Notes: generated from the letters alone by a model not told the origin. A stretch of DNA of 64,000 nt from an uncultured bacterium (GCA_963757755.1 CAVWTK010000004.1:126278-190277), one strand, 5' to 3'; positions 51,968 to 61,403 are shown, counted from the stretch's first letter. Numbers and translations are program-made.

Positions 51968-53671
51968 TCAGCTCGGTTGGCGGCGGTTGATCGCACCGAT
52001 CGCGGCCGTCAACTCGCTTGGATCCGCGGGCTTGACGATGTGCATATGGAACCCGCTCGACAAAAGGCGCACGCGGTCTTCCACTGACGCGTAGGCAGTG
52101 AGGGCGATCGCGGGCAGCGTCGCGGCGCGCCCTTCCATCGCGCGCATCCGCTCAACCAGTGAGTACCCGTCCTCCCCAGGCATGCCGATGTCAGTAACGA
52201 CTACGTCGGGCACCCAGCGCGACAGAATCTCGAGCGCGTGCCTCACCGATCCCGCAACGCGCACCTCAGCGCCGCAGTGATCGAGAATCACCCGCACCGC
52301 TTCGTTAGAGTCGGGGTCGTCGTCCACCAAGAGCACGCGGACCCCGTGCAGGGGGATGACCGGAGACGCCCGGTCGGACGACACTTCCGGATGGCGTCGC
52401 TCGTCCTCGCCCGCCGTTCGTTTCATCGGGGTGATCGGCAGCTTGACGGTGAAGGTGCTTCCCTGACCCGGACCGGCGCTCTCCGCGTGCACCGTCCCGC
52501 CGTGCAGCTCCACCAGATGCCGCACTATGGCCAGCCCCAGGCCCAGCCCGCCGTGCTCACGGGTACTTGAGCTGTCGCTCTGCCAGAAGCGTTCAAAGAG
52601 ATGCGGCAGCTGGTCCGCCGGGAGTCCGCGACCGCTGTCCCCCACCGCCAGCTCCACGTGCGAGTTCACGCGCTCGACTACGACATGCACGCGACCGCCG
52701 CGTGGCGTGAATTTGACGGCGTTCGAGAGCAGATTCCACGCCACCTGCTGGAGTCGGTCCGGATCGCCCGACACCGGACCCACGCCTTCATCGAGGATCG
52801 CCTGGATGCGAACGCCGCGGGCGTCGGCCGCGGCCGATACCGTGTCGATCGCGCGCCGAACGACCTCGGGAAGGGACACCGGTTGCACGTGGAGCCGCAT
52901 CTTCCCTTCAGCGATCCGTGAGAGGTCGAGCAGGTCCTCGATCAACTGCGCCTGCGTGCGCGCACTGCGTTCGATCACTTCCAGGGCGCGTGAGCGCTGG
53001 GCGGGCGCCAATTGATCGCCGCGTAGCATCTGCGTCCAAGCCAGGATGGGCGACAACGGCGTCCGGAGTTCATGGGAGATCGTCGCCAAGAATTGGTCCT
53101 TGGCTCGGTCGGCCTGCTCGGCCTGATTGCGTGCCCGCCGCTCGAGCTCGAGAACGCGGTCGCGCTCGATCAACTCCGCACCGCGGTGCGCGGCGAGCGC
53201 ATCCGCATCAATCAGCTCGAAGATGCGCGGCACGAGGAACGGCAACGCCACCGCGGTGCCGACGGAGGCGATCGCGGTGATCGCCTTGATGTCGCCCGAG
53301 AGCCAGTATGACGGGTACCATAGCGTCCATACCTCCATGAAGTGCGTGGCACCACAGGCGACGATGAAGGTGCCGAAGGCCAGGACCATCCAGTGGAAGG
53401 GAATGCCGCCGCGGGCGCGATAGACGATCATTGCCAACGTGAACGAGATCGCCACGTAGGCGATCCCAATGAGAGAATCAGAGCCTGCATGCAACGCCAT
53501 GAGATCCGGTTGCCACAGGTAGCAATGTGCGTGCGGCATGAATCCGGCGGACTTCCAGACGTCCGTCACGGCGCGCGGCGCGACGAACACTAAGGTGAGC
53601 AGCGGCAGAATGACTGCCACCGCGAGGATCAGCGGAAAGAGGCGGCGGGGCATGGCGAAGGTATACGTCAT
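51968..53671 (-). CDS. Hybrid sensor kinase with ethylene-receptor (ETR1)-like membrane domain
   Basis: SD..I..AY..I ... FIVACGATH; SHELRTPL; GGLGLGL; REC TDIGMP. Confidence 0.9.
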   Translation of the reverse strand: MTYTFAMPRRLFPLILAVAVILPLLTLVFVAPRAVTDVWKSAGFMPHAHCYLWQPDLMALHAGSDSLIGIAYVAISFTLAMIVYRARGGIPFHWMVLAFGTFIVACGATHFMEVWTLWYPSYWLSGDIKAITAIASVGTAVALPFLVPRIFELIDADALAAHRGAELIERDRVLELERRARNQAEQADRAKDQFLATISHELRTPLSPILAWTQMLRGDQLAPAQRSRALEVIERSARTQAQLIEDLLDLSRIAEGKMRLHVQPVSLPEVVRRAIDTVSAAADARGVRIQAILDEGVGPVSGDPDRLQQVAWNLLSNAVKFTPRGGRVHVVVERVNSHVELAVGDSGRGLPADQLPHLFERFWQSDSSSTREHGGLGLGLAIVRHLVELHGGTVHAESAGPGQGSTFTVKLPITPMKRTAGEDERRHPEVSSDRASPVIPLHGVRVLLVDDDPDSNEAVRVILDHCGAEVRVAGSVRHALEILSRWVPDVVVTDIGMPGEDGYSLVERMRAMEGRAATLPAIALTAYASVEDRVRLLSSGFHMHIVKPADPSELTAAIGAINRRQPS

Positions 53672-53763
53672 CGCAGCCGGTGGGCACCACGGACGGCCAT
53701 GTGCGCTCGCGAGGCCGGCACACTGGATGCAGCCGCCTCCTCACTGACCGCCGGCCGAATACG

Positions 53764-54156
53764 TCAAGTCGTCCAGTTTTCTCTGAGTCCATTCTGAGGC
53801 GGAGATCGCCTTCCACGAGAAGGGCGACCTCGCCACCGCCGCCAGCGCCGAACCACCGACGGCAATTCGAGCGCTGATCGGCGCCAAGCGAAGTCCGGGA
53901 CGTGGCGCCGCGAGCCGCCCCCGCCCTCAGGGCGCCGGCAGGGCGCGCCGATAGCGGCGCGAAACAACTCCGCCGCCGCCTCCCAGCTGCGGAACGACTG
54001 CGAACGCGCCCGCGCCGACGGCGGCCGCAGGCGCCTGCCGCGCAGGTGCGACCAGGAGACGAAACGCCAGGCAGCCCCGTCGTACGCGAGCGTGAGCGAG
54101 AGCCAGCGCGAGATGCGCAGCGACAACCGGGTCGGGTGTCTGGTGCTGGCAGCCAT
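53764..54156 (-). CDS. Small hypothetical protein, paralog B (end uncertain)
   Basis: LSLTLAYDGAAWRFVSWS, similar to 38706-38909. Confidence 0.6.
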   Translation of the reverse strand: MAASTRHPTRLSLRISRWLSLTLAYDGAAWRFVSWSHLRGRRLRPPSARARSQSFRSWEAAAELFRAAIGAPCRRPEGGGGSRRHVPDFAWRRSALELPSVVRRWRRWRGRPSRGRRSPPQNGLRENWTT

Positions 54157-54181
54157 CGCGCGCGGGCTCAGGGTTGAGGTT

Positions 54182-54424
54182 TCAGTCCCGCCGCTTGCCG
54201 CGCCAGGCGCGCAGGGCAATCAGCAATAGCGACAGCGGACTCATGCTCCACGCCGGTTGCTGAGGCGGCACGATGGCGCAGCCGTCGTCCTCGTTGGAAC
54301 GGTTGGGCGTGCGCGTGCCGGGGGACGTAGCCGTTCGCGTCGCCGAACCGGTGGCGACGCCCGTCGGCGTTCCGCCGCCGGACGACCCCGTGGCGGTCAC
54401 ACGCACGATGCCCATGGTCGGCAT
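54182..54424 (-). pseudogene. Orphan C-terminal fragment of a surface protein (Thr/Pro linker plus sorting signal)
   Basis: T/P/G-rich linker, DDGCAI, hydrophobic stretch, basic tail RGKRRD. Confidence 0.55.
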
Positions 54425-54464
54425 CAGAAGTTCGCCGATAGACGATCTTGAGACCGCACGGGCA

Positions 54465-55415
54465 CTACAGCGCCGGCAGCACTTCCTCCTCGTAGAAGCG
54501 GAAGAATCCGACCTGATCGGGACCGACCTGATGCACATAGACGTGATCGTAGCCCGCGTCGGCGAATGCTCTGATCTTCTCGATGTGACGATCGCGGTTT
54601 GGGCCGCACACGATCGACTTGGCGATGTCATCCTCGCGCACCTTCTCGACGGCATGCTCGAAGAGCGCCGGCGTCTTGAGCTCCCACGCGAGCGTCCCTG
54701 ACAGTCCCGACGTCGGCCACCATTCGTGCGCGATGTGGCGCGCCTCGGCCTCGGCGCCGGCGTAGCAGACGGTGACCTGACCGTAGCGCGGTTTGCGGCG
54801 GCCACCGCTCGAGGCGAACCGGTCGATCAGCGCCGCTTCCGGCGCGACCCCGATGAGACCATCGGCGATGCGCCCGGCGAGGCTGGCGACCTCGTCGCCG
54901 TCGGCGGCGACGTAGAGCGGCGGCGGCTCGGCCGGCAGCGTGTACAACCGCGCCTGCTCGACGGTGAAGTGGCGGCCGCGATGGCTCTGCTCGCCGCCCT
55001 GCCAGAGCAGGCGGATCACCTCGACCGCTTCTTCCAGCATCTCCAAGCGCACAACGCCTTGCGGCCACGGATCGCCGAAGATGTGCTCGTTGAGGTTCTC
55101 GCCTGCCCCGACGCCGAGGAAAAAGCGCCCGGGCATCAGCGTCGCCGCGGTGGCCGCGGCCTGCGCGATGATTGCCGGATGTATGCGCCGGATCGGACAG
55201 GTGACGCCGGTGCCGAGCCGCAGGCGGCTGGTCGCCTGCGCGATCGCCCCGATCGTGCACCAGACCATCCCGCTCTGCCCTTGCCGATCGACCCACGGGT
55301 GGAAGTGGTCGGAGATGAGCGCGAAGTCGAAACCGACGGCCTCCGCGCGTTGCGCGAAGCGGACAAGATCGACGGGCGAATGCTCTTCGCTCGAGAGTGC
55401 ATAGCCGATCTCCAT
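54465..55415 (-). CDS. TIGR03557-type F420-dependent LLM oxidoreductase
   Basis: IGYALSSEEH, ISDHFHPW, GTGVTCP, GAGENLNEH, HQVGPDQ. Confidence 0.92.
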   Translation of the reverse strand: MEIGYALSSEEHSPVDLVRFAQRAEAVGFDFALISDHFHPWVDRQGQSGMVWCTIGAIAQATSRLRLGTGVTCPIRRIHPAIIAQAAATAATLMPGRFFLGVGAGENLNEHIFGDPWPQGVVRLEMLEEAVEVIRLLWQGGEQSHRGRHFTVEQARLYTLPAEPPPLYVAADGDEVASLAGRIADGLIGVAPEAALIDRFASSGGRRKPRYGQVTVCYAGAEAEARHIAHEWWPTSGLSGTLAWELKTPALFEHAVEKVREDDIAKSIVCGPNRDRHIEKIRAFADAGYDHVYVHQVGPDQVGFFRFYEEEVLPAL

Positions 55416-55519
55416 GTGTCGTTCCCTCCTGTGTCTGATGTACGGGTGTCGTGGTCCGCCGCAGATGGAGCGACAATAACCCACCCGGCGGCGACGTCGG
55501 CCGGCGTCGCCGCCGCACA

Positions 55520-56016
55520 GCTCTCGTCGGCCGGATAGGTGTCGGCTCGCATCGCGCGCGCATTCGATCGAGGACGTAGGCGGTGTCCGCCGCCCGCTCG
55601 GAAGGCACGCAGTCGGCGAGAACGATGAGACAGTAGCCGCAGATGTGCGCGCCGATCGCCGTGAACCATACGCAGATGTTCGCTGCGACACCGGTGAGGA
55701 TGAGCGCGCGGACGCCCAGTCGCTGCAACAGCAGCGCGAGACTCGTGCCGTAGAAGTCCGAGTGCTTCGGCTTCAGGATAGAGTAGTCGCCCGGAATGGG
55801 GGCGAGCAGCTCGATGATAGGTTGACCACGATTCGCCGTCCGCTCGAAGAACGCCACCAGTTCGCGCAGTCCCAGATCCCGATATCCGAAGTTGTCGTTG
55901 ACATAGAGTACGGGCACGCCGCACGCCGAGAGGTCGCACTTGAGACGCGCCAGCCGAGCGCACGGCGGGAACCGCCTTCTCACCGACGACGAGCGCCGGC
56001 GTCCCAGAGCAGCCAT
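55520..56016 (-). pseudogene. Isochorismatase-family cysteine hydrolase, N-terminally degenerate
   Basis: PVLYVNDNFG, LKPKHSDFY, LTGVAANICV present; N-terminal catalytic Asp strand not found. Confidence 0.7.
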
Positions 56017-56205
56017 GTCAACCTAAGCAACGCGCCCGCCAGGCATGCCGCCCCGCGCGTGCCGCACAGAAGTCGGCGCCTTCTCCTCCGGCGCGTCGGC
56101 AATCCTTACGTCACCGAGCTTACAGTCTGCAGGTAATGCCGACCGCGCACGCTGTTTCTTCATCGCTGTTCGCTCCGATCGTCTCCTCTCCATCCTGAAT
56201 GCGAC

Positions 56206-56221
56206 TGGCCCGCTTTTCGCT
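56206..56221 (+). promoter_or_regulatory. Putative sigma54 promoter
   Basis: TGGCCCGCTTTTCGCT. Confidence 0.5.
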
Positions 56222-56264
56222 GTGCTCGGCGTCGCGTTCCGAACCGCCATCGCGGAGGAAGAAG

Positions 56265-56636
56265 ATGAAGACAACGAGTTTCCTGCTCGCTGCTGCGGCC
56301 GGATTGGCGCTCGCGGCAGCGGCTTTGGCAGTCGATGCGGACAACACCGCCGTCAACGAGCGCGACAAGAATGGATCGACCCTGACCGCGTTCGATCAGG
56401 GCGAGAGCGCGGACGATCGGCGCATCACCGCCAGTTTGCGCGAGCTCGTCGTCAACGACGACACGCTGTCCATCGAGGCGCACAACATCAAGATCATCAC
56501 GGTGTCGGGCGAGGTGACGTTGCGCGGGCCGGTCGCCAGTCCCGCCGAGAAGGCCTCGATCGAGTCGAAGGCGAAGAGCGTCAAGGGCGTCTTGGCAATC
56601 GACAACCAACTCGAAGTCGCACAGGGAGGAACCTGA
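56265..56636 (+). CDS. BON-domain (OsmY-like) periplasmic protein
   Basis: Signal peptide, DNT..NERD, NIKIIT..GEVTLRGPV, IDNQLEV. Confidence 0.9.
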   Translation: MKTTSFLLAAAAGLALAAAALAVDADNTAVNERDKNGSTLTAFDQGESADDRRITASLRELVVNDDTLSIEAHNIKIITVSGEVTLRGPVASPAEKASIESKAKSVKGVLAIDNQLEVAQGGT

Positions 56637-56638
56637 TC

Positions 56639-57166
56639 ATGAGCGACAAGACGGCACTCTGTATCACCAAGACCAGGGAACAGGCGGCGGCAATCGTCGA
56701 CGACCTGAAGAGCTCCGGATTCGCCAACAATGACATCTCGGCGCTCTTTCCCGACACGGCCGGATCGCGCGATTTCGCCCACACTGCGGCCACCAAGGCG
56801 CCGGAGGGAACGGCCATCGGCGCCGGCACCGGCACACTGCTGGGCGGAACCCTCGGATGGTTGGCGGGCATCGGCGCGCTAGCGATTCCGGGCGTCGGTC
56901 CGTTCATCGCCGCCGGCCCGATCATGGCCGCGCTGGGCGGCGCAGCTGTCGGCGGAGCCACCGGCGGGTTGGCGGGCGCGCTCGTCGGCTATGGCATACC
57001 CGAGTACGAGGCGAAGCAGTACGAGGGCAAGATCCGCGACGGCAACATCCTTCTGTCGGTGCACACCGACAACGGCGACCAGCTCGACCGGGTGAAGGAG
57101 ATCTTCAAGGCCCGCGGCGCCACGGACATATCCTCGACCGGCGAGGCGGCACCCCCGCGCCGCTAG
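56639..57166 (+). CDS. General-stress glycine-zipper membrane protein
   Basis: TKAPEG, GALAIPGVGPFIAAGP, GIPEYEAKQYE. Confidence 0.85.
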   Translation: MSDKTALCITKTREQAAAIVDDLKSSGFANNDISALFPDTAGSRDFAHTAATKAPEGTAIGAGTGTLLGGTLGWLAGIGALAIPGVGPFIAAGPIMAALGGAAVGGATGGLAGALVGYGIPEYEAKQYEGKIRDGNILLSVHTDNGDQLDRVKEIFKARGATDISSTGEAAPPRR

Positions 57167-57221
57167 CGAGGGGTCGTCTCGTCGTCGTCAATCTCAAATC
57201 CAAACGTTGAAGAGGGACCCC

Positions 57222-57461
57222 ATGGCCACGAAACGCAGCGGCTCGACGAGCCACAAGCGAGAGACCACCAAGAGCCGGCGCTACGGCTCCAAGGCGAGCG
57301 CCAAGGTCGAAAAGGCGATGCACGAACGCAAGCGCGGCACGCTGCGCTCCGGCTCGGGCAAGAAGGTGACGTCGCGCAAGCAGGCGATCGCTATCGGCCT
57401 CAGCGAAGCGCGCAAGGCCGGCGGCAAGGTTCCGTCCAAGCGCAAGAGCCGCTCGTCGTGA
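57222..57461 (+). CDS. DUF6496-type small basic protein (second copy)
   Basis: KVEKAMHE.K.GTLRSGSGKKVTSRKQAIAIGLSEARKAG. Confidence 0.85.
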   Translation: MATKRSGSTSHKRETTKSRRYGSKASAKVEKAMHERKRGTLRSGSGKKVTSRKQAIAIGLSEARKAGGKVPSKRKSRSS

Positions 57462-57583
57462 AGACCGATCAGCGCATCTGGAGGCGCGAGCAACGCGCCA
57501 CCCCCGCTCCTCGCCGCAAGGTCTCCGGGCACGGCAGGCGCGATACGGAGGCCGAGGCGCGCCCCTGAGCGCGATGGTGCCGC

Positions 57584-58021
57584 GTGCCGGTGTTCGATCT
57601 GCCGCTGCTGGAGGTCGGCGAGCGTCTGCTCGCCGCGGCCATTTGCGGTGGGATCGTCGGACTCGACCGTGAGGCACAGCGGAAACCCGCCGGCCTGCGC
57701 ACCCACATTCTGCTGGCAGTCGGGGCGGCGCTCTTCCTGATCCTCGTTGCCCCGACCGGAACGCCCGCCGATCGCACGGCGGTCGCGCGCGTGCTGCAGG
57801 GACTGGTCAGCGGCCTCGGCTTTCTCAGCGCCGGCCAGATCCTCCGGCGCGGCCTGCCGATCGGCGTCACTACCGCCGCCGATTTGTGGGTGATCGGCGG
57901 CGTCGGCGCTGCCTGCGGCCTGGGCCTGTACGGGCCGGCTGCGCTCGCGACCATCGCCGTGTTCGTGGTGGTCGCCGTCCTCGGTTTCGCGGAGCGACGC
58001 ATGATCGCGCGGAAGCGCTAG
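57584..58021 (+). CDS. MgtC/SapB-family membrane protein
   Basis: GLDRE...KPAGLRTH, GLGFLSAG, GVTTAA. Confidence 0.9.
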   Translation: MPVFDLPLLEVGERLLAAAICGGIVGLDREAQRKPAGLRTHILLAVGAALFLILVAPTGTPADRTAVARVLQGLVSGLGFLSAGQILRRGLPIGVTTAADLWVIGGVGAACGLGLYGPAALATIAVFVVVAVLGFAERRMIARKR

Positions 58022-58180
58022 CCCGTCTCAGAAGTCGTGTGCATATCCCGGCGAGCGATCGGCGTTCCTGGCAAGGCGCGCCGACGCAGGCATATCGGGA
58101 ATATGGCGAGGAGGCGCAACGCCGCCAGGGACGCCGAGGGCCGCCGCGATATGCACAGGACTTCTGAGGCGGGACACTAG
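58018..58180. mobile_element. MITE-like non-autonomous element
   Basis: 26-bp inverted repeats (58022-58047 / 58148-58173, two mismatches), nested inner IR, CTAG at both outer flanks. Confidence 0.65.
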
Positions 58181-58369
58181 GCGCGACCCCTCGCGCCTGT
58201 CACCGAGCCGTGAGCCGGGGTCCAGCGTTTGAACCCGATTGCGCAGATGGCGAACGTGCTCTCAAAAAGCGCATGCGCGGGAAGACCGTTTCTACAACCG
58301 TCCGGCGATTTCTACCGACAGTTTTCTCACGATCTGTGGGGGACTTATGTGGCTCGGAACGCAGTCGGC

Positions 58370-58385
58370 CGGTACCTCGCTTGCT
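58370..58385 (+). promoter_or_regulatory. Putative sigma54 promoter
   Basis: CGGTACCTCGCTTGCT; downstream target unclear. Confidence 0.45.
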
Positions 58386-58778
58386 CGCCGCCCTGGGGTA
58401 CGATGAACGAATGGCGACGCATGGCGTGGAGGGGCGTGGACGGACGCCGCGCTGTTCACCGCGTGCAGGGCGAACTATCTGCCGATTCCCCCCCACCCGA
58501 CGGCTCGGAACGACTGGCAATTCCGGTTGCCACGACAAGGCGAACCGAAGGGGGCGTTCGAGTAGAGCGGCGTCGGCTAGCGCGCCGTCCGAGCCGGTGA
58601 CCCCCGCGCTGCTCCTGCCGAGCCGCTTCGCACTCGGAGGCTCACCTTCCGCCGGCTGGTTGATGCCGGTGGCGGAGACGAGCGAATGGGAGACCCGAAT
58701 TGGGCGCGCCGGATCCATCCCGCGCCGGGACCCCGACGAGCCGACATCGCCCCTGGTTCCGGTGATCGTGGCCGCGGA

Positions 58779-60189
58779 ATGAGGTCGCTCCTGGAGCCCG
58801 GGATCAACTGCTGGCGGCTCGAGCGCGCGCGACGGGTGGCCCTTCTCGTCGATGCGGCGTCGTACTTCGGCGTCCTGGCGGCGGCGATGGCGCGCGCGCA
58901 CCGCTCGATCGTCATGGTCGGGTGGGACTTTCACAGCCAGATGTGCCTGCGTCCGCGCACCGACGGCGGCGCCGGCGCGACGCTCGCCGAGGAGCTCAAC
59001 GCGTTGGCGGCGCGCAACCGGCGCCTGCACATCGACATCCTCGGCTGGGACTGGTGTGCATGGGATCCGCCAACCTGAGCACGCGCTCGATGCGGCTCGA
59101 CACCGAGTGCGCCGCCGCCATCGAGGTCGACCGAACCGACAGCGCCGACGTCGCCGGCTTCCGCAATTCCCTCCTGGCCGAACATCTCGGCACCGATGAA
59201 GTGCGCGTCGCGGCGGCCGTCGCGCACGACGGCTTGGCCGCGGCGGTAGACCGCTTGCGCGGCGGCGCCCGCACGCTCATCGAGCTCGAGGTCGGCGCCG
59301 ACGAGATCGCGGCACCGTGCCTGCCCGAGGTGCTGGCCGATCCGCAATGCCCGATCGACGAGGCCCTGGCCAGGTACGCGCTCCCCGTCGACGCCGCGCC
59401 CACCGCCTCGCCGCGTGCTGGTCAGTATTCTGCTGCTGCTCGGCGTCGCCGCCGCGTTGTGGACACCGCTTGCGCAGTGGGTGCAGCCGCGTCAGCTCGC
59501 AGCAGTCGCCGCACCGCTGCGCGACGGCGGCCTCGGCGTCCTACTCGCAACCCTCCTCTTCGCCGCGGCCGCGCTTTTCGCCGTGCCGGTTGCCGCGCTC
59601 ATCGTCGCCATCGTGCTGGCCCTCGGTACCTGCCCGGGAATCGTCGCCGCGCTGGTCGGCTCGCTGCTGAGCGCGTGCCTAGGCTATGGCATCGGGCGCC
59701 TGCCGTGGCGCGACGCACTGCGCCGGCTGGCAGGTCGCAGGCTGAACCGGCTGACGCGCACGCTCGGCGACCGCGGCTTCATCGCCGTGCTGGCGGTCCG
59801 GCTCTGCCGTTGGCGCCGTTCACCGTCGTCAACGTGGTCGCCGGCGGATCGCAGATCTCCTTCGGCGATTTCCTGCTCGGCACACTCGCCGGGATGGCGC
59901 CGGGTATCGTCGTCCTCGCCTGGACCGCGAACGGCGTCGTCGCGCGGCCCGGCGTCCCGCCATCGGCACGATCGCCTTCGCAGGCGCGCTCGTGACGGCC
60001 GTTGTCGTCACCCTCCGCTGGCTCAATCGGCGCCTCGACCGTTCCGTGTTGGGCATGCCGAGCGACCGTCATTGCCGGCGACCGGCCCCGTGCGGCAAAT
60101 CCACGCGTCGCGAACTGTCCCCGCGTCTGGGCTCGACGTCGACGACCACGACGACCGTCGAGCTGAAATCGAGCGCGCGGCGAGCCTGA
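58779..60189 (+). pseudogene. Phospholipase D / VTT(DedA) fusion with large internal deletion
   Basis: N-terminus NCWR..LLVDA..YF..GWDF joined directly to GSANL..RSM.LDTEC; no HKD motif; C-terminal VTT APFTVVN..DFLLGT. Confidence 0.8.
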
Positions 60190-60234
60190 CGCCGCCGCGC
60201 GATGGCGGTGCACGAGTCGTCGCCTGCGTTCCCT

Positions 60235-60474
60235 TCACGTCGAGGACGACGGCCCGCCGATCGCAGTCTTGATCTCGCGCCGAGCGTGTGGCGACGGCCG
60301 CTCCTGGCGCGCCAGACAGGCGGGATGGCCGCACGCGCAGGCGCCCTCCTCGACGTCCGTATGATCGACGCCCGAACAGTAGACGCCGCAATACGCTTCG
60401 CCGTTGGGCACTGAGCATCCACAATCGCGCTGGTGACAGTGCAGGCCCGAGCGCGACTGGCGGGCGCGGTTCAT
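60235..60474 (-). CDS. Metallothionein-like Cys/His-rich small protein
   Basis: CHQRDCGC..YCGVYC..CACGHPAC. Confidence 0.7.
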   Translation of the reverse strand: MNRARQSRSGLHCHQRDCGCSVPNGEAYCGVYCSGVDHTDVEEGACACGHPACLARQERPSPHARREIKTAIGGPSSST

Positions 60475-60755
60475 CGCGAGTGGTTTCCCGACAGCAAGGT
60501 GAGCACGCCGGCGCGCGCAACCCCGCCCGTGCTGCGCCGGGCGATGCGCTGGCCGGGGAACTGCTCGCTGATCTCCGCGGTCCATTCGCGGCGCGCCGGT
60601 CCGATACGCACTCGCCAGTGCACGTGGCGGCCCTCCCGCTGCTCGAACGCCTCAACCCCCGGCATGAAGAGCGCGAACTCCTCGAACTGCGTCCACTGAT
60701 TGGAGGTCGTCGATACCAGAACGTTGACCTCGACCGGCTGCTGGATGAACGACAT
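60471..60755 (-). pseudogene. SRPBCC/cyclase-family protein, C-terminally truncated
   Basis: NQWTQFEEF..FM.GV, HW, REW.AEI.EQ.P..RIA; only 94 aa. Confidence 0.75.
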
Positions 60756-60780
60756 AGCGAATCCTCCGGTTTGCGATGGC

Positions 60781-60796
60781 AGCAAGTCCGGCGCCA
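60781..60796 (-). promoter_or_regulatory. Putative sigma54 promoter
   Basis: TGGCGCCGGACTTGCT on the minus strand. Confidence 0.65.
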
Positions 60797-60939
60797 GCCC
60801 GGGCCGGGCCCCCGCGCTGCCGTCGGAGCGCCCCTTCCGGCGAGGGCACCAGGCAGGGACTACAACCGTACGGAAGGTGTGGCGGCGGTCAGCGCTCGGC
60901 AATCGGTGCGCAAGACGGCAGGAACGGGTAGCGCAGCCG

Positions 60940-61161
60940 CATGAGCCCGAGGAGTTCGACCCGAGGTCTCGCAGAGGTCGGCGCGCACGAGGCGGAGCAC
61001 GGCACGGATCTTCTTGCAGTGCCGGCGCAGTTGATGCACGCCGTCGCCGCGTCCACCGCCGACGGCCTTCCATTCCGCACCGCGCCTTGTCGACCTGCCC
61101 TCGCACGATAACGCCGGACGCCATCCGCCACGGGTTCGTCGAACTTCAGCCGATACGCCAT
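60940..61161 (-). pseudogene. CHAD-domain N-terminal fragment
   Basis: MAYRLKFDEPVADGVRR, then shifted VHQLRRHCKKIRAVLRLVR; remainder absent. Confidence 0.7.
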
Positions 61162-61403
61162 CGCCTGGGGCGCGTTCCTCATGCCAGTCACGGTCGCCGA
61201 CGGCCGGCATAGCCAACGCAAGAGCGACCGGAAGCAGCAAGTTGGATGTGCGGACTCTCGCACCAGGCCCGGCTAATTCTCGGACCCGACGCGCCCCGCC
61301 GACGGCGTAATTCCCACGCCTCCCTGCAAAGTCTACCCGCGACTCTACACGGCCAGCTGCCCGTCACGACCGCACGGTCGTCGCCCCCGAAGGGCGGCGG
61401 TAG

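Noticed and set aside
58200-58780. ORFs between the MITE and the PLD pseudogene
   Set aside because: Atypical composition and no motifs; likely regulatory or decayed DNA
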